This document shows, piece after piece, positions 36,601 to 47,384 of a stretch of 64,000 nucleotides of DNA. The stretch lies in the NCBI RefSeq assembly GCF_020745735.1, contig NC_083445.1:29538370-29602369 (forward strand), given 5' to 3'. The DNA is from Hemiscyllium ocellatum. Its lineage: Eukaryota. Under the pieces are notes generated by a model, which was given only the letters and a program-made list of their open reading frames with translations, searched no databases and was not told where the DNA came from. Numbering within the stretch: the stretch's first letter is position 1; each line of letters opens with the position of its first letter. Position numbers and translations under genes: made by a program.

Positions 36601-39600
36601 TAGTACCACCACTTTATGTATGGCCATATCCCAACAAATCTTTCCTATTCATGTATTACCCAAAAATCTTTTAAACGTGGTAACAATACCTGCATCCATC
36701 ACTTCCTCTGGCACTTCATTCCACGTTTAACCACCTTCTGTGTAAAAACAATGCCCTTCATCTCCGTTTTCAGTCTTTCTCCTTTCATCTTAAAAAATAT
36801 TCCCCCAATTTTGAACTCCCCCTCCTGAGGAAAAAAAATCTTTGCTATTCACCGTTTTGTTATGAAATTGAACGAGAGTTTGTTCACTTTCAGACAAAAA
36901 GTGTTTTCCACATTTTTAAAGTAAGTTTAAAGTGCAGCTACAGCTACAGATCAGAACAGCTAAGAGATGATCTGTTTCAAACAAGATACAGCAAATGCTG
37001 TTAAATGGGCGCCCGAGTTTCGGTTGCTGTTTTGACACCAATTCAAATTTAATCAATAAGTTTAAATTATTTAAACGAAAGTGAGGACCGCAGACTCTGG
37101 AGATCAGAGTCAAGACTGTGGTGCTACAAAAGCACAGCAGGTCAGGCAACATCCGAGAAGCAGAAGAAATGACATTCATCAGGAATCCATCCCTGTGGGA
37201 GAGGCTTATGCCCAAATTGTCAATTCTCGTGTTCTTGAGATGCTGGCTGACTTGCTGCGCCTTTCCAGCATGACATTCTCGGCACTAGTTTAAATTATGC
37301 CCAGGATACTGAAATACAATTGTGCTTGAATTTATTGTATTGCCAGCATCAGACCATTGAGAAGGCATGATATTAGGGCGTATTAAACCAAGGCATTTTA
37401 GAAATCGTTCAGAGCAACTATCACTGAACAGCAGAGCAACTGCCGGAGAGCCGGAGAGCGAACTGTGCATCTACCAGCATGCTTTCAAATTTCCCAAAGA
37501 AATAAGAACACACTCTTTATCAAAAGGCTTCTTTTCCTGCAACAGCAGTAAAAAAAAGTAAGAAGATGAGCCAGGAAGATCAGTAGGTGGAAGACTGAAG
37601 ATAGCGGAGAAGACAGAAGCTATGTAGACTTCAGATTAATTTAATGCAATCTTTAATAATTGTACTATTGGACCAGCATTGTTATACACGTAGGGCCAGT
37701 TAATAATTAGTTAAGAAAAAGGGGGTTTGGATTTGTTAATAGTTTTGGTTAGTGCTCTGTTCGAAAATACTAGGCTATTTTCCTCCAAACAATGGAAATT
37801 AGAAGTTCTCTTTCATTCACTCACACTTTAAAAAAATACGAGGTGTGAAGAGTTCTTCTGTGTGTTTGGTTTTAATTAACAGAAGGGTTTAACGTCGGCA
37901 TTGTAACAATATGTCCCTCGTGATTTTATAAACAACTATAAGGTCGCCCCTCGAACTTCCACGCTGCAGTGTAGAAGTCCCAACCTATCCAGCCAATGTT
38001 TATAACTCAAACCCTTCAACGCAGGCAACATCCTGGCACCATTTCCTATCCCTTCTCCGTTTAATAATGTTCCAGCCACAACAGGGCTACGAGAATTACA
38101 GACAGTACTCCAGAAGATGCCCCATCTGCGATCTGCACAACCTCAACATGACAGCCCAATTCTGAGACTCAAAAGTTTGAACAATGAGTGATAAACGCAT
38201 TCTTCACCACCCTGTCCATCTGTGATGCACATTTGAAGGGATTATACCCTGCATCCCTCAGTCTCTCTGTTCGACACCACCATCCAGTGCCCTGCTCTGA
38301 AGTGAATGATTCCTGCCCTTGTTTGTTTTGCCAAAAAGTAATCCCTCACAGTTAAACAAAGTAAACTCCATCTATCATTCCTTAAGCCATTGACCCAATA
38401 GATAGTAACTTTCTTCACTGTCCACTATGTCATTATGTTTGGTGTCATTTGAAAACTTACTGACCATGTCTCCGATATTCTCATCCAAATCATTTAGGCG
38501 CATTACAAACATCTAATGGGAATGAACGTTTCCTCGCTGTTTAACTGCACTGATATGTAATGACAAAATATAATGTCAAATTAAAGGAATCTGATAAATT
38601 TGATCGTGGTGTTACAATTTGATCATGTCAGATATTTAAAATTCATTCTGTTTAGCAATTAATCACAGCCTCTTTGGGTCACTTTAAATATTTCACAGGA
38701 TTATCTTTCAGAACCAGCCAATGTGCCTCCCTCTGCTATTTGCAGATCAATTATAACATCTGGGATCGATCCTATTTTTCCATTAATCAAGTGTTAAAGG
38801 GCACAGACCGATGTCAAGCACATGGAGTTAGGTCAAATCAAGCATGGTCTAATTAAATAGCGGAACAGCTCAAGGTGCCTTGTACCTCACTGCTGTGCCT
38901 ACCTTCCAATCGTTCGGTCACACTTTCGGCTTTCACTGACGCTAAACATGTTTTAATAAAATATATGAACGACGTAATGGTTGTTTTTTTTTAAAATTCT
39001 GTTTATTATTTGGAATGGGAGCAACGACATTCTACATCTAATTGGTCAAAATAACGACAACTGATTTAGAAAGTGGCTGCACTCTGGAGAGTTAATGTTA
39101 CTTCCTGATACAGCTAGTTCTGAAACTACGGCTCAACATGAGATCACTCACATTCCAAACTTATCCAATGCAAAAATATTTGAGCAATAATTAAAATGTA
39201 TCTTTCTAATGAAAATTATTAACAATCTCTGCTTTTCCAACTGAAAATGGAAAAGCAAACTTCGGATGCTGGAAATCTGAAATAAAAACACAAATTGCAG
39301 GAAAAACTCAGTAGATCTGGCAGCACCTGTGGAAAGAAAGCAAAGTTAACATTTCAAATTCAGTGACGGTTATTCCACAAACTGTGGAACGAGAAACTGC
39401 ACCCACAATAAAGCACGAATGAAATATATAACACAATTCCCTTTGCCCCGCTCAATCAAATTCTCCCAAGGCTGATACCTTATTTCCAAACTCCAGCAGT
39501 TTGTCTATGATTCTATGATCTGTCAGAACTCACACCCATTATGTAAGATGCTGATGAAGCTTGTTGGAAAAGCATTTTCAGGAAAGCTACAGGATGAGCT

Positions 39601-42600
39601 GAGATGTAAGTTAAGGGCCTGCTGCAAAGTTATGACCATCTGCTGCCGGGGTTTGAATCAGCGATATTTCCACCCCACTGAACAGTCACACTCTACTGAA
39701 CGATTACAGCATTGATTAGAGAGAAAATACGCATTCTCGACATTCTGCCATTAACTGTGCTGAGGAACCAATTTATTTTGGATTTGAAATAAATGTACAT
39801 TTATTGACGTGAGTCAGATTTGTCCCTTACTAATCCACCTACGCTACGCAACCCTGAGCACTATGTACAATTTAGCACGGCCTATGTACCTAACCTGCAC
39901 ATTTTTGGATTTTTGGAGGAAACCAAAACACTCATGCAGATACGGGGAAACCATGCAAACAGTCGCCCGAGGCTGAAATTGAATAGGATTCATGGTGCTG
40001 TGAGGCAACCGTGCTAACTACCGAGATGCCGTGTCACCCCAGGACAAGCGAAACTAATGCAGACACGACCAATAGAACAGTGCAGATCCTAACCTGTTCA
40101 TCCTGTCACATCAAATGTAGATTCACTGGAATTTAACATTTACCATAGCATCTAGCAAGAGAGGATGCATGAACATGAATGAGAATGTTTTCACAATGAA
40201 CATGCATTATTGTAGTAAACTTAATGTCTCATCATAATTAACACAATCATTGAGGTCAGAAATTTCACTAATATAAGCACAACTCACTAAGAAATATATC
40301 ATTTTCTGGATTAATTTTACATATTCTTAAAACATGTCTTAAATGTTGAAGGTTCTGCACACACTGCAGAAAACAGTACAGGAAATATTGCATCCCACTG
40401 TGCCGATGCATTTATGTTGTATAAATCATAAGAAATGTGTACAGTCAGGTTTGTGTATTAATTAATTTTGTTATTATTCACTTTGGAGTGAAGAATTTTT
40501 TTTAAATGCATGGGTTGAAAATGCGTTTCGAACAGGTATTGCTTGATTTAATTAATGTCTAAATACATGGTCATTGCACTAAACCAATCTGAGCAGCAGC
40601 CTTCAGATTGCAATATTTTAGCATTCAGTCAAATGCAATAATTAAAATAATATTACTTTATTTTAATCGTTTAAAATAAACAGCCTTTTCTCTTGGCCTT
40701 TAGTTAGTGTCATCTGCAAAATATTAAACGGTGTAAGTCTGAACACAGAGTATATCACAATATAATGTATTCTCAGCATTCCCAGCAACTATTCTCAAGG
40801 TGAGGTCACGGCATGGTTATTTTAATTAATTTGAAAGCTAACCTTTGGTCACCTAATGTACTATATCAGTTCCATTCTAACGATAGACTCCTGAATTGAT
40901 ATGTTGTTGTAAAATGTAACTCTCTATACTTAAGCAAATGTCAAGAGCCACGTCGACTAAATCACCAAATTCATGTTTTATTCCCAGAAATCTAGTTTAT
41001 CAGGAAAATAATACTTAATTAACTCAAGTTACTTGCAAAACTGATCTGTTCTTCATGGAAACATCTCGGACAAAATTGCTAAATGGTTCCTGTCAATGAT
41101 CCTTTCCAGCCAGAAGCATTGCGGATAGTGTTCAGTGGAATTGAAGGGTGATCATTGATTAATGATTCATCAAAATGGCATTTTGTTCGATATCAAGAAC
41201 TATTAGAACTATTAGAACATTCTACTTTTGAAATTCTATTGATGTTTCTCTGTTACTGGTAAATGCTTAATGTCAGAACTTGTGATCGGAGTAGGTAGTT
41301 GAGTTCTGAATTAGCAATGAAAACCAATCTTAATGTTTGCAACATTAATCCAAAATTGCTACTTATTATTAATCAAAGTGCCATAAGATATTTTCTTCCG
41401 TTAATTTCCAAACCCTTTGTAATCTGCGTTTTTCCTCATATTGGGCTTCAAAAAATTTCAGCTCACATGATGACTGCACTCGATGGGCAAATTGGAACAG
41501 TTCTTTGACATCATCAATATTCCCAAATAACCCTGCTGGACTCGAACCTGGTGTTTTGTGAGTTTCAACTTTGACCATCAACGTAAATAATGCACAAAGA
41601 AATATAATAATCTTCTCAACAGAACAAGTATTACCAAATGATAATACTGAGATTCAATGATGAGTTTGCAGCAGAACTGACTCTGCAAACTCTTTCAACA
41701 GAACCAAAAAGGCATCATTGCAAACGGGTGGCACAGTGTTTCAGTGGTTAGTGCTGCTGTTTAACAGCACTACAGTTCTAGGTTCGCTTCCAGCAGCGGA
41801 TGACTGTCTGTATGGAGTTTGTGCATTCTCCCCGTATCTGCTTGGGTTTCCGCCCACAGTCCAACAATGTGAAGATCAGGTGAATTGGCAATGCTAAATT
41901 GCCCATAGCGTTAGGTGCATTAGTCAGAGGGAAAGGTCTTGTCTATTTATCCTATCCATGTACCTTGAGAGATAATTGTTGATTAATGCGCTAATGTAAA
42001 AACAAAATTAACTCAATGATAAATGGTATCACGTAATTTATAATATTTTAGTCTTAATTATGAAATCTTACCTAATGGCCAGTAAGACATTTTAGTCACA
42101 AATATATTTTTGAATGAGGCTAGTTAAAGCAGAATTTGTGTAGTCTATGTTTAAAACTGATTTCTTTTAAAGTAAATCCAATAATATGTTTTTTTTTCTT
42201 CACTTCTCAACCTTCCGCTTTTCTGTCTTATATCTTCTGTCTTCAGGAAATTACAAACTGGTCTCATGTCGCCAGTTTAGTTTAATAAATACAGAAAAGA
42301 AGTACGAAAACCAAAGAACTTCACAAATATTACTGATTAAAAGTGGTCCAGGCAGACAATCTCGTCAGCAGAAAAATACCATAAACTGAAAGCAGGAAAC
42401 CCCTTGAAGATAAAGTTTGATTCTACAAAGTGAATCAGAGTCCAATTTACTCAATTCAACACAATGAAGCAAAACAAAATCAGAATTCATTCAATTCAAA
42501 TTAGCAGAATGAAACCCAGAGCTGCAAGAAAGTTCAATCTAGAATGTAATTAATCTAGCTGATCTAGCTGATGTGGTCTACTCTGCATCAGGGAGACAGG

Positions 42601-45600
42601 ATGCCAACTCATTGATCCTTTCAGAGAACGACGCTTGGATATGCACTAACCAACCCCACTGCCCCGTGGCTGAACATTTTAACTCCCCTCCCACTCCCCC
42701 ACGGATATTCAGGTCCTGGCCTCATCGCCAAACCCTCAACACCCAACGCCTGGAGGAAGAACGTCTCATCTTGGGACCATCCAACCACATGGGATCAATA
42801 TGGATTTCATTGGTTTCTTCATTTCCGCTCCCCCTTACCTTATCCCAGATTCAACCTTCCAAATCAGCACCGCCCTCTTGAACATTCCTACCTGTCCCTG
42901 GTGCTGTGAGGCAGCCACAATGCCGTTCCATTTGTTAATTTGTTAATCTTCCTGTTTAAGAGACTCTTAGTTTCAATCCAGACAAATGTGAGGTGATGCA
43001 TTTTGGCAAGTCTAATTCTAAAGCTTATTATACAAGGACTGGAACAGCCTTGGGAAAGGTTGATGGGCAGAGAGATGTGGGAGTGCAATCCATTGTACCC
43101 TGAAGGTTGCTGCACAGGTGGAGAGGTTGATCCAGCCACACAGTTTGCCTAACTGATTTTTTTTTAAAAAATCACCGAGCAACTGAGTCAGTCGCAGCAC
43201 TTTGTTCAATTCTTAATTGCAGGGTGTAATCATTTTTCAGGAAGGTCATTTCAAGGAATCAGGCGAGCTAAAGGGGGTTATGAAATAGCTTTCGCAAGCA
43301 GAATTAAGGAAAATTCCAAATAATTTTATTCTTACATCAGAAGCAAGCGGGTAACCAGAGAAAGGATTGGTCAACTAAAAGAAAAGGAAGGAAGGCTGTG
43401 TGCAGAACCTGAGAGAATGGGTGAGATGCTGGGTGATTACTTTGCATCAGTTTTCACTGAGGAGAGGAACATGATGAATCTTGAGATTAGAGACAGAAGT
43501 TTGATTAGTCTGGATCACGTTGGCATTAGTAGGGAAGATGTGTTGGGTATGCTTGAGGTTATTCAGGTGGACAAATCCCTAGGACTGGATGGGATCTATC
43601 CCAGGTTGCTAAGGGAGGTGAGAGAGGAAATAGCTGGGACACTGACAGATATCTTTGTGGCACCCTTAAATACAGGTGAGGTGCTGGAGGACTGGAAGGT
43701 TGCTTATGTCATCCCCCTGTACAAGAAGGGTAGTAGGGATATTCCAGGTAACTACAGGCCAGTGAGCATGACATCGGTTGTGGAGAAGTTGCACGAGAGG
43801 GTACTGAGAGATAGGGTCCATTTATATTTCAAAAAGAATGAGCTTATCAGTGACAGGAGACATGGTTTTGTGCAGGGGAGATTGTGCCTTGCCAACTTAA
43901 TAGAGTTCTTCAAGGAAGTGACCAAGTTGATAGATGAAGGCAGGGCTGTTAATATCATATACATGGACTTTAGTCAGGCACTTGATAAGGTTCCACATTG
44001 TAGACTAATGGAAAACGTGAAATCACATGGTGTGCAGGGTGTTTGAGCTAGGTGGATGAAGAACTGGTTGAGCAACAGGAGACAGAGTGTAGTAGTTGAA
44101 GGGAGTTTCTCGAAATAGAGAAAGGTGACCAGTGGTGTTCCACAGGGGTCAGTATTGGGGCAACTGTTGTTGGTAATATACATAAATTATCTGGAAGAGG
44201 GCACTGTTAGTATGATCATTAAGTTTGCAGATAACACAAAGATTGGTGGAGCAGTAGAAAGCATCTGGGACTGTCAGAGAATACAGGAGGATACAGGTAG
44301 ATGAGAGTTCGGCAGAAAAGTGGCAGATGGCTTTCAATCCAGACAAATGTGAGGTGATGCATTTTGGCAAGTCTAATTCTAAAGCTTATTATACAAGGAC
44401 TGGAACAGCCTTGGGAAAGGTTGATGGGCAGAGAGATGTGGGAGTGCAATCCATTGTACCCTGAAGGTTGCTGCACAGGTGGAGAGGTTGATCAAGAAGG
44501 TATATAGTATGCCTGCCTTCATTGATCGGGATATTGAATATTAGAGCTGGCAAGCCATGTTAAAATTGTACAAGACATTGGTTCGACCGCATTTAGAATA
44601 CTCTGTACAGTTCTGATCACCACATTACCAAAAGGATGTGGACGCTTTGGAGAGGGTGAAAAGAAGGTTTATGAGGATGTTGCCTGATATGGAAGGTGCT
44701 AGCTATGAAGAGAGGTTGAGTAGATTAGCTTTATTTTCACTCGAAAAAAAGGAGATTGAGGGGTAACTGATTGGGGTTTCCAAGATCATGAAGGGTATAG
44801 ACAGAGTGGATAGAGACAAGCTTTTTTCCCAGGGTGAAGGATTAAATAATGAGAGGTCATGCTTACAAGGTGAGAGGTGGAAAGTTTAAGGAGGTTACAC
44901 GAGGCAAGTACCTCACACAGAGGGTGATGGGCATTTGGAACGCATTGTCAGCAGAGGTGGTAGAGGCAGGCACAGGAGATTAATTTAGGATGCGTCTGGA
45001 CAGATGCAGAGTAGGTGGGGAGCAGAGGGATACAAATGCTTAGGAATTGACCGACAGGTTTAGACAGAACATTTGTATCAGCTCAGGCTGGAGCACCGCC
45101 CCCCCCCCCACCCCCCCGGTGATCACCTTCCACCCTACCAACCTTCGAATAAACCAAATCATCTGCCAGCATTTCCGCCACATCCAACGGAACACACCAC
45201 CAGGGATATATTTCCCTCCCCACCCATTTCCACCTCTGCAAAGACCGTTCCCTTCGTGACTACCTGGTCAGGTCCACGATCCCCAAAACCCACCCTCTTG
45301 TCCTGGCCCCTACCCCTTCCACTGCAGGAATTGCGAAACCTATGCCCACACCTCTTCCCTCATCTCCATCCAAGGCCCCAAAGGAGCCTTCCACATCCAT
45401 CAAAGTTTTACCTGCACATCCACCAATATCATTTATTGTATCCATTGCTCCCGATGTGGTCTCCTCTACATTGGGGAGACTGGACGCCTAGTAGAGCACT
45501 TTAGGGAATATTTCTGGGACACCCGCACCAATCAACAACATCGCCCTGTGGCCCAACATTTCAACTCCCCCTCCCACTCTGCCGAGGATATGGAGGTCCT

Positions 45601-46694
45601 GGGCCGCCTTCACCGCCGCTCCCTCACCACCCGACGCCTGGAGGAAGAACGCCTCATCTTCCGCCTCGGAACGCTTCAACCCCAGGACATCAATATGGAC
45701 TTCACCATTTTCCTCATTTCCCCTTCCCCCACCTCATTCCAGCTCCAAACTGCCAGCTCAGCACTGTCCCCATGACTTGTCTTACCTGCCTATCTTCCTT
45801 TCCACCTATCCACCCACCCTCCTCCCTGACCTATCACCTTCATCCCCTCCCCCACTCACCTATTGTACTCTATGCTACTGTCTCCCCACCCCCACCCTCC
45901 TCTCATTTATCTTTCCACCCTTCAGGCAATCTGCCTGTATTCCTGATGAAGGGCCTTTGCCCGAAACGTCGATTTTACTGCTGCCTGATCTGCTGTGCTT
46001 TTCCAGCACCAATCTAGTCTAAACTCAGGCTTGGAGAGCCGAAGGGCCTGTTCCTGAGCTGTAAATTTTCTTTGTTCTTTATTCTTTGTTCTAAATCAAA
46101 CAAAGCTCATTCCAGATTCTGATTTTCACCTAACTCACGAATACTCACATAAAGAGAAATTTCATGGTTCTTACCTGCAGTGACTGACACCATGGTCCCT
46201 GGTCCCCACGCTACAGCCCAATTACTGTAGTATACTCCACAGTAATACATAGCGGTATCTTCGCTCTTAAGGAGCTTAATGTCCAACCCGAAGATATTGT
46301 TTGAAATGTCTTTGAAAGCAGTAAACCGATCATTAATCGCTGGTGCATAGTTATTTGTCGATGAGCTGTAGTAGTGAAGCAGCCATTCCAGCCCCTGACC
46401 AGGAATTTGTTGAATCCAGTACATGCTGTAGCCTTCAACACTGAACCCGCTGGCTTTACAGGTCAGCCTCAGGGAGCCTCCAGGACTCCCGATCTCTGCT
46501 TTGGGCTGACTCAAAATATCCGCCGACTGGACACCTGGGAAAAGACGACATCCAGCCAAAGGATCAGTGAAATGAAATGGTTGCTGACTTTGCTACATTC
46601 CAGAGGTAAGCTAACACTGAGACTGGGACAATGATAATAAATACTCACTGGATAATGAAGTCAGGAACAAGCTGAGAGAAATTATTAACAACAT
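15055..46694 (-). CDS. IGHM: Complete shark IgM heavy-chain cluster with germline-joined VDJ (IgM1gj-like): L-VDJ-Cmu1-Cmu2-Cmu3-Cmu4/sec-TM1-TM2
   Basis: All exons are found in order on the minus strand with GT-AG boundaries and compatible phases, and the frame is open for both secreted and membrane forms. The single V plus C cluster layout is typical of cartilaginous fish. Confidence 0.95.
15203..15330 (-). CDS. IGHM: IgM TM1 exon ([43 protein letters not shown])
   Basis: Acceptor tttattcttgcag|AT, acidic spacer, TTASTF...LFFLS..YST membrane-Ig motif, donor AAG|GTGAGA. Confidence 0.95.
17126..17443 (-). mobile_element. Near-intact HE1 SINE inserted in the RT of the gypsy element, 5-bp TSD ACGTT
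   Basis: tRNA-derived head GGGCGGCACGGTGGCACAGTGGTTAGC...GGGTTCAATTCC (A and B boxes), HE1 body, (CTAAGT)-like tail. TSD at 17121-17125 and 17444-17448. Confidence 0.92.
20745..23020 (-). mobile_element. CR1/HER1 LINE (5'-truncated) nested in the gag of the gypsy element
   Basis: RT ORF remnants (DMVYMDF...[14 protein letters not shown]...FADDMKVGG; [16 protein letters not shown]). gag continues on both sides. Confidence 0.85.
25731..25745 (-). terminator. Secretory-form polyadenylation signals (two AATAAA)
   Basis: AATAAA on the minus strand at 25740-25745 and 25731-25736, 28-42 nt after the stop codon. Confidence 0.8.
25773..26164 (-). CDS. IGHM: Cmu4 exon plus secretory tailpiece (…DKSS|[20 protein letters not shown])
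   Basis: Acceptor cctgcag|TG and an internal donor G|GTAAAC at 25835 for the membrane form. The 20-aa tail has an N-glycan sequon (NIS) and a penultimate Cys. TGA at 25773-25775. Confidence 0.97.
26644..26952 (-). CDS. IGHM: Cmu3 exon ([33 protein letters not shown]...[32 protein letters not shown])
   Basis: Acceptor ttctgcttcatag|GA, donor G|GTGAGC, 309 nt, recognisable shark Cmu3 motifs. Confidence 0.95.
27368..27718 (-). CDS. IGHM: Cmu2 exon, C-terminally extended ([48 protein letters not shown]...[32 protein letters not shown])
   Basis: Open C1-set domain of 351 nt, phase 1 to phase 1. Acceptor cttccttAAG|GT. The only productive donor I found is G|GTACAT at 27368, and both splice sites are atypical. 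Confidence 0.85.
27765..28330 (+). mobile_element. CR1 3' fragment occupying most of the 741-bp Cmu1-Cmu2 intron (antisense to Ig)
   Basis: [27 protein letters not shown]...CVQLWSPH...LFSLEQRR. Its 5' end lies about 45-55 bp from the Cmu2 acceptor. Confidence 0.8.
28460..28759 (-). CDS. IGHM: Cmu1 exon ([17 protein letters not shown]...YGCLAMDY...VTWKKDG...SSQLTL...[17 protein letters not shown])
   Basis: Strong acceptor (ttttttctttttcctag|CG), C1-set Cys/Trp/Cys, an extra N-terminal Cys for the light-chain bond, and donor T|GTAAGT. Length 300 nt. Confidence 0.96.
29682..32740 (-). mobile_element. CR1 LINE with an inverted 5' segment (endonuclease part on +, about 31862-32740; RT/3' part on -, 29682-about 31860), TSD TAACATA
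   Basis: RT ORF at 30274-30921 (-) and APE-like ORF at 31923-32405 (+). TAACATA at 29675-29681 and 32741-32747. Confidence 0.8.
32830..33215. mobile_element. Three Penelope-like pseudo-LTR units (inverted pair plus a further copy) with degenerate hammerhead cores
   Basis: GTCTAGATTAGAG-TGGTGCTGGAAAA...TTTTCCAGCACC-TCTCTAATCTAGAC inverted pair. The cores read CTGATGAAGAAC..CAAAACGTT, TTGATGAAGGGC..GAAACGTC and CTGATGAAGGGC..GAAACATC. Confidence 0.72.
33410..35950 (-). mobile_element. CR1-type LINE fragments (about 33410-34350 and 35010-35950)
   Basis: 3' tails and degenerate RT C-terminal motifs on the minus strand. Boundaries approximate. Confidence 0.6.
36530..38500 (-). mobile_element. 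CR1 3' fragment interrupted by a solo LTR
   Basis: CR1 sequence is contiguous across 36857/37909. Confidence 0.6.
36858..37908 (+). repeat. Solo LTR of the Gmr1-type family, itself carrying a decayed Penelope inverted unit (about 37080-37290)
   Basis: Starts TGTTATGA and ends TTGTAACA. Its 3' part resembles the 10163-10914 LTR. Confidence 0.65.
39826..40040 (-). mobile_element. Degenerate HE1 SINE
   Basis: Similar to the 17126-17443 copy. Confidence 0.75.
41725..41935 (+). mobile_element. Degenerate HE1 SINE
   Basis: GGTGGCACAGTG...GGTTAG...GGAGTTTGTGCATTCTCCCCG...GCTAAATTGCCCATAG. Confidence 0.75.
42560..42890 (+). mobile_element. Penelope-like GIY-YIG C-terminal fragment
   Basis: [10 protein letters not shown]...RLEEERLI, homologous to the 45090-46023 element. 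Confidence 0.7.
42971..43132 (+). repeat. Exact 162-bp copy of 44332-44493
   Basis: Identical base for base by manual comparison. Confidence 0.9.
45090..46023 (+). mobile_element. 5'-truncated Penelope-like (Neptune-type) element: GIY-YIG endonuclease plus pseudo-LTR, TSD CTCAGGCT
   Basis: [27 protein letters not shown]...[10 protein letters not shown]...[27 protein letters not shown] at 45082-45089 and 46024-46031. Confidence 0.85.
45939..45974 (+). ncRNA. Minimal hammerhead ribozyme motif in the Penelope pseudo-LTR
   Basis: ATTC-CTGATGA-A-GGGC-CTTT-GCCC-GAAAC-GTC-GATT. Core and GUC intact. Confidence 0.65.
46175..46534 (-). CDS. Germline-joined VDJ exon: [119 protein letters not shown]
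   Basis: Acceptor ttttcccag|GT. Canonical V Cys/Trp/YYC is fused directly to a WGxGT J motif with no RSS or spacer. Donor GCAG|GTAAGA at 46175/46174. Confidence 0.96.
46649..46694 (-). CDS. Ig VH leader exon ([15 protein letters not shown] + phase-1 A)
   Basis: ATG at 46694, hydrophobic 15-codon signal peptide, donor A|GTGAGT, and a 114-bp intron to the V exon. Confidence 0.93.
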
Positions 46695-46782
46695 CCTTCT
46701 GTTAACTTGAGGAAAGACATTTGCCAAGAGCTCGCTAACCAATCCAAATCCGGGACCGTTGAACTCTGGTTGAGTGACCAGC

Positions 46783-46826
46783 TTTTAAATACACATCAGA
46801 AGGGGCAGGCTGCCAGGTTCCACCTG
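46783..46826 (-). promoter_or_regulatory. Putative VH promoter: TATA-like TATTTAAAA (46783-46791) and E-box CAGGTG (46821-46826)
   Basis: The motifs lie about 90 and 130 bp upstream of the leader ATG. Support is positional only. Confidence 0.45.
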
Positions 46827-47384
46827 CTGGTTTCCTGCTGAACGCCAAAATTGGAAACGCATCTCAACTTGCACAACCCGAACAGATTGGCTGTTATATT
46901 GACACCAGTCTGTACGTAAAATGTTGGCATGTATCTGTCTTGGGAGACTTGCATTACTGAATAGCATGATTCAAAAAGTTCCCTTCCTTTTAATAGAGAA
47001 AGTACAATTAAACAGCGTGAGGTCCGGTGCAGATTATAGTTATCAATGTTGCATTTAATCAATTGGAAATGTTTTCACAATATTTTTATTTTTATTCGAC
47101 TGGTTAAAACAATCAAAAAGTTCAATGACATTATCAGCGAATGCAAATACTGGAAACATGTTTGTTTTGCAGAAAGTCTAAGTCTCTAACACACTGCCAA
47201 ACTAAAGTATAATTTATGGCAGAGGTTTCTATATTCTAATCAGGCATCTGAATTCGGATGATGTCCAAAGTGATTCTGTTGACAATGTGGGTGCACGTCA
47301 CTCTCCATTCCAGACCTGGTGAGGTGAACAATCTCCTCACATTGAAGAATGTTGCTCTGCATTTCTCCAATTGGTCCGATCCTC

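Larger units (their letters stand above)
43370..46092 (+). mobile_element. CR1/HER1 LINE 3' half, its 3' UTR split by a Penelope-like insertion
   Basis: ORF at 43417-44046 ([16 protein letters not shown]...[13 protein letters not shown]...[14 protein letters not shown]). The 3' end GGCTTGGAGAGCCGAAGGGCCTGTTCCTG...(TTCTTTG) resumes at 46024. Confidence 0.85.

Noticed and set aside
38500-42500. Intronic enhancer (Emu-like) in the AT-rich unique part of the J-C intron
   Set aside because: No convincing motif cluster could be identified by eye. It needs comparative or chromatin data.
25773-46694. IgW, IgNAR or TCR-associated V identity
   Set aside because: Four C domains with mu-type motifs, a mu-type tailpiece and a WIQQ/GLEW VH framework with a Cmu1 light-chain Cys all point to IgM.
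46175-46694. Retroposed (processed) VDJ mRNA
   Set aside because: The leader intron, the J donor and the 17-kb J-C intron are all present, and there is no poly(A) tail or TSD around the exon.
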